The notes beneath the pieces were generated by a model. It saw only the letters and a program-made list of their open reading frames with translations. It did no database searches and had not been told where the DNA came from. Shown here one piece after another: positions 25,446 to 37,730 of a stretch of DNA of 64,000 nucleotides. The translations under genes and the position numbers were made by a program. Numbering within the stretch: position 1 is the first letter of the stretch; every line of letters begins with the position of its first letter. This stretch comes from Ranitomeya imitator (taxonomy: Eukaryota): the NCBI RefSeq assembly GCF_032444005.1, contig NC_091291.1:106578001-106642000 (forward strand). The letters are read 5' to 3'.

Positions 25446-25770
25446 TTGAAGACGTGAGAAATGTGAAGATTGTTCCAGTTCCTTTTCGATTAAAAGTCCT
25501 TTATTGATCCATATCCTTAAAAATCATCCCTGCACAAAAGGGAATGTGAACAGCGACAAAAACCTGCTAATAGCAACGCGTTTCGATCTAAGAGATCTTC
25601 ATCATGGCTCTGATTTTTAAGGATATGGATCAATAAAGGACTTTTAATCGAAAAGGAGCTGGAACAATCTTCACATTTCTCACGTCTTCAAGCTGCTGCT
25701 ACGTCTGGGTCCGAACTGGTTCACGTGCTCCTGTGGTCTGTTGGTGAGTTGACTGGGCCTTTGGCCCCTG
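25446..25770 (-). mobile_element. Short Penelope-like terminal-repeat remnant: hammerhead-like motif between inverted 81-bp tails
   Basis: 25446-25526 is the reverse complement of 25611-25691 (one mismatch seen). Between them on the minus strand: ATGATGA-A-GATCT(ctt)AGATC-GAAA-CGCGT-T. Confidence 0.6.
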
Positions 25771-26739
25771 TATTTTTCTTAGTTTATTACATGGTTATCC
25801 TAATGACTAGAATACTAGAATTAAAAAATGCTTAATTTATGAAAATGGGAACAACATTTCCAAGCAATAATTGCTGAAGACTCGGTGTCAGCTCCACATA
25901 AAAAAACAGTCACACTGGAAGGAAATAATTGTCCATGCCAGATCATCTTCGTTAGAGATGAGAAAATCGATTTGCAGGACTCTTGTCCATCGACCAGGTC
26001 AGTAATCTGTGGCAGGAGACCTGCAAATCTCTTTACCTCCTGGCATTCCTGGCTCTTCTTTTAATTAGCCAGTCTGATGCCATGTCAACATTGTAGCATG
26101 ATGCACACACGACATTGCTCCAGCTTGGCTAAAAAAGATCCTGGACTATAAGATAAGGAGATTCACAGGCCTCCTAACCAGCAGTCACAGATTACCGACC
26201 TGGCCAATGGACCAGAGTCCTGCAAATTGATTCTCCCGTCTCTAATCTTTATAATGCATATTTATGTTTTAAAAGCATGGTCCAATGCGTAAAATATCCT
26301 TTTTTAAATATCTGGTTTTACCCCCTAAGCACTTTTGTCATTTATATTATTAGAACATACCCTACACGTCCCCATATCTAGCTAATTCTTAAATGTGTTT
26401 TTACTTCACTTACAGTGTTTCCTTTTAGAGGAGACTCAAACAAGACATCAGGAAGCTGGGGCTGCAGTTACTTTTTTGCCGCGTCTATCACCTGGAACAG
26501 GATGACATCTGGTGGTGGCGATATGGTCATTTACCACAGTGTCATTCATTGCCACCCTCTGAAGATTTCCCGAATCCATGGTGCTAATAGAAGGTGTTAG
26601 AGAAGTGATTGAGGCACCAGCACTCTTACTGTGAAACAAGACATCATCAAGAGCAATGATAGAAGTAGGATGAGTGACAGCAGCATTGTCCTGCTGCTTC
26701 TATCACTGCCCTCTATCATTATCACTGGGCGACAGTGGT

Positions 26740-27815
26740 ATCAATCACCCTGATTCTATCACTGCACCTGAAGATGATTCCTTTAAGAGCAGTGATAGAC
26801 ACAGAGGAGTGGAGCTGCTGTCACTAACCAAGCTTCTATCACCACTCCCTGATCACGATTCATTTGAGGGCGGTGATAGAAGCTATTGGATGATACTGGC
26901 ATCACTCACCCTGCTTCTATCACTGCTCCCTGATGATAATTAATTTGAAAGCGATGATAGAAGCTGTGGGGTGGGGCTACTGTCTTTCACCCTGCTTTTA
27001 TCATCCATCCCTGATGATGATCGATTTGAGGGCGGTGATAGAAGCTATTGGGTGATGCTGGCATCACTCACCCTGCTTCTATCACTGGTCACAGATGATG
27101 ATTAATTTGAAAGCGGTGATAGAAGTTGTGGGGTGGGGCTACTGTCTCTCACCCTGCTTTTATCATCCATCCCTGATGATCGATTTGAGGGTGGTGATAG
27201 AAGCTATTGGATGATACTGGCATCACTCACCCTGCTTCTATCACTGCTCCTTGATGATAATTAATTTGAAATCAGTGATAGAAGCTGTAGGGTGGGGCTG
27301 CTGTCACTCACCCTGCTTTTATCATCCATTCCTAATCACGATTCATTTGAGGGCGGTGATAGAAGCTATTGGATGATACTGGCATCACTCACCCTGCTTC
27401 TATCACTGCTCCTTGATGATAATTAATTTGAAATCAGTGATAGAAGCTGTAGGGTGGGGCTGCTGTCACTCACCCTGCTTTTATCATCCATTCCTAATCA
27501 CGATTCATTTGAGGGCGGTGATAGAAGCTATTGGATGATACTGGCATCACTCACCCTGCTTCTATCACTGCTCCCTGATGATAATTAATTTGAAAGCAGT
27601 GATAGAAGCTGTGGAGTGGGGCTGCTGTCACTCACCCTGCTTTCATCATCCATCCTTGATGATGATCCATTTGAGGGTGATGATAGAAGCTATTGGGTAA
27701 TGCTGGAATCACTCACCCTGCTTCTATCACTAGTCCCTGATGATGATTAATTTTAGGGCAGTGATAGAAGCTGTGGAGTGGGGCGGTGCTTTTGTCCCTT
27801 ACCCTGCTTCTATCA
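26740..27815. repeat. Tandem array, 81-bp monomer in alternating A/B variants (162-bp dimer), about 13 copies
   Basis: GATAGAAGC recurs at 26875, 26956, 27037, 27118, 27196, 27277, 27358, 27439, 27520, 27601, 27682 and 27763. Confidence 0.93.
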
Positions 27816-29044
27816 CCTTTTAGTTTTTTTTCTACATTTATTTTTTTATATTTATATTTTTTTTTCCAAAATGGCAAAAACTAAAATGCAAACACAACAT
27901 TTTTCTTTTCCCTTTTAACAGTTTTGCCCTTGATAAAGGACAGTCAGTAGACACAAAAGGGGTTGCAATTTTTTTGTATCAATTATACATTCTCGGAAGT
28001 GCAAGTTTGCCATAAAAGTAATAGTGTGCTTGTTTATTTAGCTTAAGTCTGTCTGGGCTTTTATCCAACTGGATTCAAATGCATTGGGATAATGTCCATT
28101 TTCTCACATTGACTTTTTAGGCGTCAAGCACATAAGCCATTTTCAATCTCTGTCACTATTAGTCTCAGGATTATCTTGTCCTGAAAGGACCATCTAGAAA
28201 CAACAATGGCACCTTAGAACAGTAGCACCATCACTGCCGGCTGCATTCATCCTATTAATATCCAGACGTAACAAAGAAAATGTAAAAAATAAACCTGAGC
28301 AGCAGCTGAGTTAATATTAAATCTGCCCTTGGTTATAGAGGACAAATTGACAATTACTATTCCAAATTGCCTTCCCTGAAGGACTAACAATATAATTAAA
28401 CATTGAGGCTTTTTGAAGATTTAATATGTTGATTTTTAATTTTTGGCATTTTAGTGAATTGCTGCCCCACTTGCTTTTGGTCCGTGTGCACATGTTTGTT
28501 TCATTACTTGTAATACGATCATCATCAGTTTCATAACCCAAATGTCAAGCATTAACAAGCTATTTCATGATTTGCTACAGTCTCCGACAGAACTTTGTTG
28601 AAATCCTAATTACTGGGAGGCGATGAGAAAATGTAATGTACTATAATATATGTACAATATAAAACCGCTGCATCTTTTACATTTAAGTAATTCCAAAGGA
28701 AATCTATGGCGTGGCACGCAAGCGATATTGAAAATGTGCGCTACTAGCAAAGATCCGGTCTTCACAGATGAGTTGAATAAAATAGAAATGTATTTAGCAT
28801 AAAAGATACAATTAAAAAGGAATAAACATAACAGATAAGTTCTCATTCAGACGTCTATGTTGCAAGTACGTGTTGTATCCGTTTTTATCATTGATGCAAT
28901 ATATATGCATTATAATCTATGCTGCTGTTCACATATCCATGTTTTTCATGGACCATGAATCTGTGCAAAACACACAGAGACATGTCCATTTTTTACCGGC
29001 AGCATAGATGAAAAGGGCCAATATAAAATTATGGAGGACTAGAA

Positions 29045-29417
29045 CTCTAGCTCCCAGTCAAGAGCCTCTCACTTAGCCAAATCAGATCTCATGCTTTATG
29101 CTTATGAGGGGCAATAAACGAAAACACAGTGTCTGAAAATTGAGATTCTAGTTTGGCTTTTTTCTTAAGTCATATTGCAAGGATCGTTAAAGGGTCTTTG
29201 ACTTTTAGGATTGCTGCTTCCAAAAGGTGACGCTAGAGTTCTACTCCTCTTCCTCTCTGAAGAGATAATTTGCATATTTAATTTCCCAGAGGAGAATGCA
29301 TGGGTTATAAGTCTCTCCACTCTGACATGCCAGGCTTGGCTTGTCACTCTCCACAAGAAACGTTACCTCTTAGACCCCAGTCCAGAGCCTCTCACCTAGC
29401 TAAATCAGATTTCATAA
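29045..29417 (+). mobile_element. ~323-bp hammerhead-containing monomer (satellite 2 / retrozyme-like), decayed
   Basis: Terminal direct repeat (AGAGCCTCTCAC at 29061 and 29384); degenerate hammerhead at 29101-29133 inside an outer hairpin; octamer ATTTGCAT at 29268-29275. Confidence 0.55.
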
Positions 29418-30468
29418 TATCAGAACTCTGCTTTTGGAATACCCAGGGCTAGGGGCTCCTTCGCTGTCCCTAACACTAGGGGTGCACTAGCTATCCCTGC
29501 TCCCTGGATTACTTCTGATGGTGAAGGAGTCAGGGCCATGTAATGTACTAAACTCCTGAATCAGCCCTATTTCTGTCCCCCTCCCCCCCCCCCCCAGGGA
29601 AGCAGGGAGTAATAGTGTATGTATATATGCAAACCACACTAACAATGGAGGATGTATATACCATTGTATGATACCATACATACAAATATACACTTACAGA
29701 TAACAAAGAGAAACACCGGGGAGAAAAGGTGGGTAAGCCAAACAGGAGAGAATGAGGATTTGCACTCTGCCAAAACACCAAGCAACAGTCACAGACCAAT
29801 GCTCCTTTGTACCTGATCCAGCTCCTGAAAAAGTTTCTCAACCATCCAGAGCGATTTAGAGTCAGCCGGAAGGGAAAATGCCCAGGGTTTAGGGTCACCC
29901 TGAAGGAGCAAAATTAAGTACCTCACCCATTGCTCCTCAGTTTCAGAGGAGTAAGGACATAACTTAAAGTATAGCTTACAGGACTTTGAAAATTTGATGG
30001 TAAAGAAAATCAGATACGCCCCATATTAAACATAAAGGTGGGACTTATACATATTCTGTTCAAATTGTCATGTAGTGGTACTCCTAGACTCATAAAGGCT
30101 ATGCACTAAGTGCACAGGCTGCCAAATTTGGAAGCAGGGTCATCCATACACTCTTCCAGACTCTTCCAGGTAGTATATCATTGAAATTTGTGAACAAAGT
30201 GTAGTTGTGGTATTCCTGCACTCATAAAAGCTCTGCACATAGTGCAAAGCCTGCCAAAAATTGCAAGCAGGGTAATCCATACACCCTTGAAGGCACCAAC
30301 TAGAGTGCCTCATAAAAATTAAGAAAGTTTAGTTGTGGCACTTCTGTACTCATAAAGGCTTTGCACACAGTGCAAAGCCAGGAAAAAAATTGACGTAGGG
30401 TCATGCAGTAATCCATAGACCCCTGGATTACCCCAGGCCTCATTCAAATATTGAAGATTAAAAACACT

Positions 30469-31299
30469 TTATTTTCTGCTGTCATCTGGTGGTGTGGAAA
30501 AGTAGAGGCTAATCCAGGCTTTGTTAATTTTTATCAGAACAAGCCTGTCTGCATTCTCTGTTGACAGCCAAAAGCGCCTGTCTGTTATGACCCCCTTGGT
30601 GGCACTAAAAACCCACTCAGACAACATGCTAGCAGCAGGGCAGCACAACACCTCCAAGGCTCAGAGAGACAGCTTATGCCAGGGGTCCAACTTTGAGACC
30701 CAATAGTTAGAGGTCTCAGAGGAGATAGGGAGTATGCTAGACTTGTTGGCTAGGTATTGCTTGACTATCTTTAAAAACTTTGCGAAAAATAGCCAGTCAT
30801 CAGGGCATGGAAGCTGGGGGGGAGGGGTTCATGAACTTTACCCAGGGCTTTTACAGTGTACCCCTGCCTATCTTGTAGCTGTGTGTGTCTCCCTCAACTC
30901 TCCACCTTGGTTAGGCAAGGAAGCTTGCCCCATGCCACTACTGTTGTCTTATGGGAATTTTTTCAACATATTTACCATAATGGCCTCCTGGTAGAGCACC
31001 ATTTTTGTAGACCTCTCCGCCTCAGGAAGAAGAGATGCAAGGTTCACCTTGTAGCGTGGGTCTAGCAGGGTGAACAGCCAGTACTGTTTTTTGACCAAGA
31101 TGAATGTAATGCGAAGGTCACGGGAAAGGTAGCAGTACATAAAGTCAGCCATATGTGCCACACTCCCTACAGTTAACACTTCCCTGTCTCCACCATGATG
31201 ACTACTCTCCATCTCTTCCTCCTCCGCCATCTTTTCCTCCTCATTCCCCTCCTGAGTCATTTTATAACCTCTGCTGAGGTAATGCAGCCAGTCAATCAC
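30469..31299 (-). pseudogene. Decayed hAT transposase C-terminus
   Basis: YWLFTLLDPRYK and CPAASMLSEWVFS..DRR match YWVFTLLDPRYR and CPAASVLSERVFS..DRR of the transposase at 48681-51989. Confidence 0.85.
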
Positions 31300-31849
31300 A
31301 GTAGTGCCACTATCAAAATGGCTACGGCATTACAGTGACTTACAGGCAATCCCTGCATGTTTATTGACTGTGTAACAGGTGCCAAAAATACTATGACAAG
31401 CAAGTTGCCAAAATATCTAACTGGGTTTTCAAGTCTTGCTTTTCGCAATAACCTAGGGGTCGTAGTGCAAACCCATTCAACTGTACTACACTGCAATAAA
31501 GGCCACCAGAGGAGAGCTACAGAAAGACCTGTAATCAGCACGTACCATTGTCTCAATGAAAACTATAAGTAATTCACTCAAGCTCCATGGCCTGTATGTA
31601 TGCTCACCACACAAGACCCCATTGCTGAACAAAAAGCATGTTCAAGCGTGTTTAAAGTTTGCTCAACAACATTTAGGTAAGCCTGTGACAATATAGTCTG
31701 GTCAGATGAGATCAAAATTAAACTCTTTGGATGCCATAATAAACACCATATTTGGAAGCCAAAAACCACTGCATATCACCCCAAAACACCATACCAACAG
31801 TGAACTTTGAAAGTGGGAATATCATGATCTGGGGCTGTTTTTAAACATA

Positions 31850-33454
31850 CAGTGGGGCAAAAAAGTATTTAGTCAGTCAGCAATAGTGCAAGTTCCACCA
31901 CTTAAAAAGATTAGAGGCGTCTGTAATTTACATCATAGGTAGACCTCAACTATGGGAGACAAACTGAGAAAAAAAAATCCAGAAAATAACATTGTCTGTT
32001 TTTTTATCATTTTTTTTGCATATTATGGTGGAAAATAAGTATTTGGTCAGAAACAAACAATCAAGATTTCTGGCTCTCACAGACCTGTAACTTCTTCTTT
32101 AAGAGTCTCCTCTTTCCTCCACTCATTACCTGTAGTAATGGCACCTGTTTAAACTTGTTATCAGTATAAAAAGACATCTGTGCACACCCTCAAACAGTCT
32201 GACTCCAAACTCCACTATGGTGAAGACCAAAGCGCTGTCAAAGGACACCAGAAAAAAAATTGTAGCCCTGCACCAGGCTGGGAAGACTGAATCTGCAATA
32301 GCCAACCAGCTTGGAGTGAAGAAATCAACAGTGGGAGCAATAATTAGAAAATGGAAGACATACAAGACCACTGATAATCTCCCTCGATCTGGGGCTCCAC
32401 GCAAAATCCCACCCCGTGGGGTCAGAATGATCACAAGAACGGTGAGCAAAAATCCCAGAACCACGCGGGGGGACCTAGTGAATGAACTGCAGAGAGCTGG
32501 GACCAATGTAACAAGGCCTACCATAAGTAACACACTACGCCACCATGGACTCAGATCCTGCAGTGCCAGACATGTCCCACTGCTTAAGCCAGTACATGTC
32601 CGGGCCCGTCTGAAGTTTGCTAGTGAGCATTTGGATGATCCAGAGGAGTTTTGGGAGAATGTCCTATGGTCTGATGAAACCAAACTGGAACTGTTTGGTA
32701 GAAACACAACTTGTCGCGTTTGGAGGAAAAAGAATACTGAGTTGCATCCATCAAACACCATACCTACTGTAAAGCATGGTGGTGGAAACATCATGCTTTG
32801 AGGCTGTTTCTCTGCAAATGGGCCAGGACGACTGATCCGGGTACATGAAAGAATGAATGGGGCCATGTATCGTGAGATTTTGAGTGCAAACCTCCTTCCA
32901 TCAGCAAGGGCATTGAAGATGAAACGTGGCTGGGTCTTTCAACATGACAATGATCCAAAGCACACCGCCAGGGCAACGAAGGAGTGGCTTCGTAAGAAGC
33001 ATTTCAAGGTCCTGGAGTGGCCTAGCCAGTCTCCAGATCTCAACCCTATAGAAAACCTTTGGAGGGAGTTGAAAGTCCGTGTTGCCAAGCGAAAAGCCAA
33101 AAACATCACTGCTCTAGAAGAGATCTGCATGGAGGAATGGGCCAACATACCAACAACAGTGTTTGGCAACCTTGTGAAGACTTACAGAAAACGTTTGACC
33201 TCTGTCATTGCCAACAAAGGATATATTACAAAGTATTGAGATGAAATTTTGTTTCTGACCAAATACTTATTTTCCACCATAATATGCAAATAAAATGTTA
33301 AAAAACAGACAATGTGATTTTCTGGATTTTTTTTTCTCAGTTTGTCTCCCATAGTTGAGGTCTACCTATGATGTAAATTACAGACGCCTCTCATCTTTTT
33401 AAGTGGTGGAACTTGCACTATTGCTGACTGACTAAATACTTTTTTGCCCCACTG
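31850..33454 (+). mobile_element. Full-length Tc1/mariner (DD34E) transposon with long (~200-bp) TIRs
   Basis: TA|CAGTGGGGCAAAAAAGTATTTAGTCAG...CTGACTAAATACTTTTTTGCCCCACTG|TA; 1605 bp. Confidence 0.97.
32217..33239 (+). pseudogene. Tc1 transposase, 340 codons, with a single Trp-to-TGA stop
   Basis: HTH N-terminus, [26 protein letters not shown]; TGA at 32799-32801 in GGGNIML*GCF. Confidence 0.95.
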
Positions 33455-34358
33455 TACAGCACTGGCAAACTTCATATAATTGAAGGAAGAATGAATGGAC
33501 AAATACACAGAGACATTCTTGAGAGATATTCCTTTTAAATGTATTGGAACCGTAAACAAATGGCAATCAAGATTTAAATTGCATTTAAGCTAGGGCCACA
33601 AGACCACTCTAGTAGGGTGACAGTGCAACATTTAATGATTGATGGGGTTGTGTTGCAATCTTCAATCTGACATTGATGTAACTGTTCCATAAATTCAACC
33701 CCATAGAATACAATGTACGGGACATGTGACTTGAATGGTCTAAAGTAGTTTCATGCATGTAGGGAGAGACCTGTTACTCAAGTAGGGTAAAGCGGGCAAC
33801 AAGTATTGGCTAGACTCTTGGACTAGTCGCCAAAGCAGCCTGATCTCCATATGGTTTTTAAAAGTTTGTTTTCTCTAAAATGCTGTAGTGATTCGGAGTG
33901 AGACACATCTCATATTTTTGACCTACCTGTCATGTGATCATCACGGGAGAGTTGACAGGCTTGTGAATAAAATATATTGTTTTCAGTGCTCAAACTTGAT
34001 GGGAAGGTGAAGTTATACATTTACAAAACATTATGGCTATAATGCAAAAAGTCCAATCAATATTTAATAACTAAGTATTTAACCTCAACTCTACCCATCA
34101 ATCCCTCTAACCTAAAATTTCGTGACCTCGGTATCAGTACAGGTCAGGGGCTGCGGTTCACCCACCGGCTAATCCAGATAATTGCATTCAGTTTGGAGAA
34201 AATCATTGTAAGAGGATGCAATCTAGTAATAAATAAATGATAAATGGAAGATTTCAATCTCATAGGTCTGTGCCTCCAATAATGCAGTCTATAAATGTTA
34301 ACAGTGATGATTCATTTATCATCCACATACAGATGGATCAACTTAACATCACATTTAA

Positions 34359-34825
34359 AGGGAACCTGTCATGTCCATAAACGCTAATTACCTGTAAAAA
34401 TAGGGTTAATCTGCAGGTCAATAACATTTTAATCCTGCCTGACTACCGTACTGGAGAAGCGGCTTCAGGGGGGAAATTTAGTTTTATTCTCCCTGCAGCC
34501 GCTCGCTTCCAGTCATCAGGACAAAGCAGGGAGCGGTTACAGTCACCAATCACTATCCTGTGAGAGCATTGTAGTCACTCTCCAGCACTTAAATTGACAT
34601 CTCACTTTGCAGATTGTGTAGGCAGTGTGTGTGCAGAGCTGGCTGTCAGTCAAAGAGCTGGCTGTCAGTCGCAGAACAGGGGAGAGATTACAGCTGGGCT
34701 CACAAATAGTGATCAGTGACTGTAACCGCCCGACGACTGGAAGCGAGTGGCCCCGGGCAGAATAAAACTTAATTTATACACTATAACTGCAGGTAAACAG
34801 ACAATTCTGGGGATGACATGCTCTT
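34359..34825. mobile_element. TTAA-flanked MITE (T2/Kolobok-like)
   Basis: TTAA|AGGGAACCTGTCA...TGACATGCTCTT|TTAA with internal inverted arms. Confidence 0.6.
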
Positions 34826-35965
34826 TTAAAAGGGAATTTTTGTGATTTAGTTTAGAATTTGTAGGGCATGTTTGAACGTAAAGAAAAAACATTTGTCATA
34901 TATCGATTTCACTTAAATCTATTTTGGGATCAGTGGCAACCAATATCAATGGTTACATAATGTGTAAAGCCCTACCCATTATTTTTGGGGGGACTAGTAT
35001 GATCTGGTATGTTATGGTGAAGCCTTTTCACTTTATGTGAGTTTTATTGGCATGCAACTGATTTTTAGATGGTCTATGATACAACTGTGACCTATATAAT
35101 AATATAGTATATGTATATTATTACTGCGCTATGTGGACCTTGATGATATTCAGGGGTGTAATGATCGAGGTCGCAGAGTGCGTGACTGCGTCCGGACCCA
35201 TGCAGGAGGGTGTCCCGCCTATTTCAGCTGGATGTGTATCCGAGGACAGACATTTAGCTGGTGTTTTGCAGTGCAGGGACCCACCGGCTCCCTGCACCGC
35301 AGTACACATCGATTGCAAAGCAGAAGCCGGCAGCTGACGTCAGCGTGCCCACCAAGGCTGGAGAAGCGCAACAACATCATGCGCTGCCTGTCCCGTCACA
35401 ACGAAGACAGCTTTTGGCTATAGAAGAAGACGCCACAATTCAAAGGAAGCGGAGGAAGCTAAGAAGAATTGTTTATTTTTTATCAGTTGGAAAAGATAAC
35501 CAGAATATCGTATCAGGGTGGGGGTCATTATACCAGCATTGTACATATATGTTATTTGTACATTATTTGTGGATGAAACATTTGGCTGTGTCTGCATTAT
35601 TATTACAGTTATGTACTTCTGGAACTATATTGGTATATTATTATAAATGTCAATTTGGGCTGACACATTCCCTTTAAAGCTCCACTTATAAGGTGGGATG
35701 CAGTAAATAGGTCGTTATAACAGACCACATGCCAACGTCACAAATTATAATGTTTACCAGAAGGGAATGAATGGTGCAGACATAGGGTCAGCACGACACT
35801 ATGCATAATGGAAACAAGTGTCATATACAAAGCCTATATACACTGCATATAACCAGAGAGCAGCTGTCAAAGATAAAAAGTTGCTTATCCTCTGCCTCAA
35901 GAGTTACGAGATGGATATAGAAATGATGTGTTATGCGCTTATCTGCTGTCTCAGTATATAAAATA

Positions 35966-36354
35966 CCAAGAACCATGGAATGCCTTAAAAAACCCAGACA
36001 GGAATATATACATACATTATATGCCTTTATTAGATTATATATATATATATATATATACACATAGACAGTATATATATGTATAGACCAGAATAGTAACTTG
36101 GGCACCAGTAATATACCTCCTTCATAAAATTGTAAAAGCTAATGACGAAGGAAGGCATTCTGAAACGCGCGTCGGGCTGTGTGCGCCATAGTGACCAGGT
36201 GGACCTTAAAGGTATAGACCCCTATTCTATTTTGTAAGCACTGTATTTTGCACTTTTATTGTACCTTGAGGCCTCTTTTCCCTCTTGGCCTCTCACTGTG
36301 ACACTTTTGCACTTGTCACTTTGCACTTTGTGATTTTATCACCATAAGGTACAG

Positions 36355-36423
<69 letters not shown>

Positions 36424-36890
36424 CAATCTTTGGCCCACTTTATTGTTTATTGATTTTATATTGTCTATGTTTTATTCATTCATACATATAATTTTTTGGA
36501 TCCTATGTCGTGCACATGTTTTTAATGTAGTATTTCTCTTGCCAAATTATATCTAATAAAGGCATATAATTTATGTATACAGGGTCGTCCAAAAGTAGGT
36601 GGACAGTGTAATAGGGTTATGAAGGGGGGATTTATCAAACATGGTGTAAAGTTAAACTGACTCAGTTGCCCTTAGCAACCAATCAGATTCCACTTTTCAT
36701 TCTTCACAGACACTTCGGAAAATGAAAGGTGGAGACTGATTGGTTGTTAAGGGCAACTGAGTCAGTTTCACTTTACACCATGTTTGATAAATCTCCCCCT
36801 TCATAACCCTATTACACATACTGTCCACCTACTTTTGGACCACCCTGAAGATCCTGTCTGGGTTTTTTTCAAGGCATTCCATGGTTCTTG
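35966..36890 (+). mobile_element. Penelope-like terminal-repeat remnant with inverted tail and degenerate hammerhead (36137-36178)
   Basis: 35966-36045 is the inverted copy of 36551-36890 minus the MITE; ATGACGA-AGGA(aggca)TTCT-GAAA-CGCGCGT-C. Confidence 0.5.
36580..36847. mobile_element. 268-bp near-perfect palindromic MITE
   Basis: TA|CAGGGTCGTCCAAAAGTAGGTGGACAGT...ACTGTCCACCTACTTTTGGACCACCCTG; the arms pair almost to the centre. Confidence 0.85.
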
Positions 36891-37309
36891 CCATTTTATC
36901 TTGTTCTGAGTGGTTTTCAGCCTCTCTTTTTATAGTACATCAGGGAAATTTGTTATTTTATACTGTATATATATTGAAATATTTATTTATTGCTTTAATA
37001 TTTATCCTTGTGAAGGTACTAATATACTGTCTCAATATATAACCTGAATTGAAAAGCTTCTATATGTGATTTGCTTCCAGTCTCTGAAATTTCACTAGGA
37101 AATATTGCAGTAGGAGCTTGTCATAACATTTTAATATTGAACATTGAAAAGGGAATTGTGAAATCTCAATGGCCCCAATTCATTAACACTGATGTTTTGT
37201 ACGCCAGTCTTAATGGGGAGCGTGGAGAAACAAGATGCTCCATATTCATTGGGAGATGCAAGCCACTTAATGAATTTGGCACATCTTATGAGTGGCATGA
37301 ACATTTGTG

Positions 37310-37730
37310 TGTATGAGCCCCCACATATCCTATGTACAGTATGAGCCTCCACATAGTCACTTACATACACTACAAGCCCCCACATAGCCTCCTATGTACA
37401 GTATGAGCGCCCACATAGCCTCCTATATAAACTATGAGCCCCCACAAAGCTTCCTATACACAGTATGAGCCCAACCTAGCCTCGTATATAAAGTATAAGC
37501 CTCACATAGCCTCCTGTATATAGTACAAGCCCTAAAATAGCTTCCTATATACAGTTTGAGCCCCCACCTAGCCTCCTATATACAATATGAGCCCTTACAT
37601 ATCCTCCTATATACAGTATGAGCCCTCACATAGCCACCTATATACAGTATGAGCCCTCACATAGCTTCCTATATACAGTATGAGCCCTCACATAGCTTCC
37701 TATATACAGTATGAGCCCACACATAGCCCT
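37310..37730. repeat. Minisatellite, ~30-bp unit, about 14 copies
   Basis: TATACAGTATGAGCCC(T/C)CACATAGCCTCC variants. Confidence 0.92.

Larger units (their letters stand above)
31580..33522 (+). mobile_element. Old Tc1 transposase fragment split by a younger Tc1
   Basis: WSDEIKIKLFG...IPTV...GNIMIWGCF before 31849 continues after 33456 as STGKLHIIEGRMNG. Confidence 0.75.

Noticed and set aside
26925-27760. CTGATGA...GAAAG within the 81-bp array as tandem hammerheads or C/D snoRNAs
   Set aside because: No pairing stem II, no stem III or NUH site, and the motif is not kept across units.
26740-27815. CRISPR-like array
   Set aside because: Whole units repeat with no unique spacers, there are no cas genes, and the context is eukaryotic.
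37071-37316. 81-aa ORF after a TTGCTTCCAG acceptor as a host exon
   Set aside because: No recognisable domain, weak donor, and an equally long ORF on the opposite strand; cannot be supported without a search.
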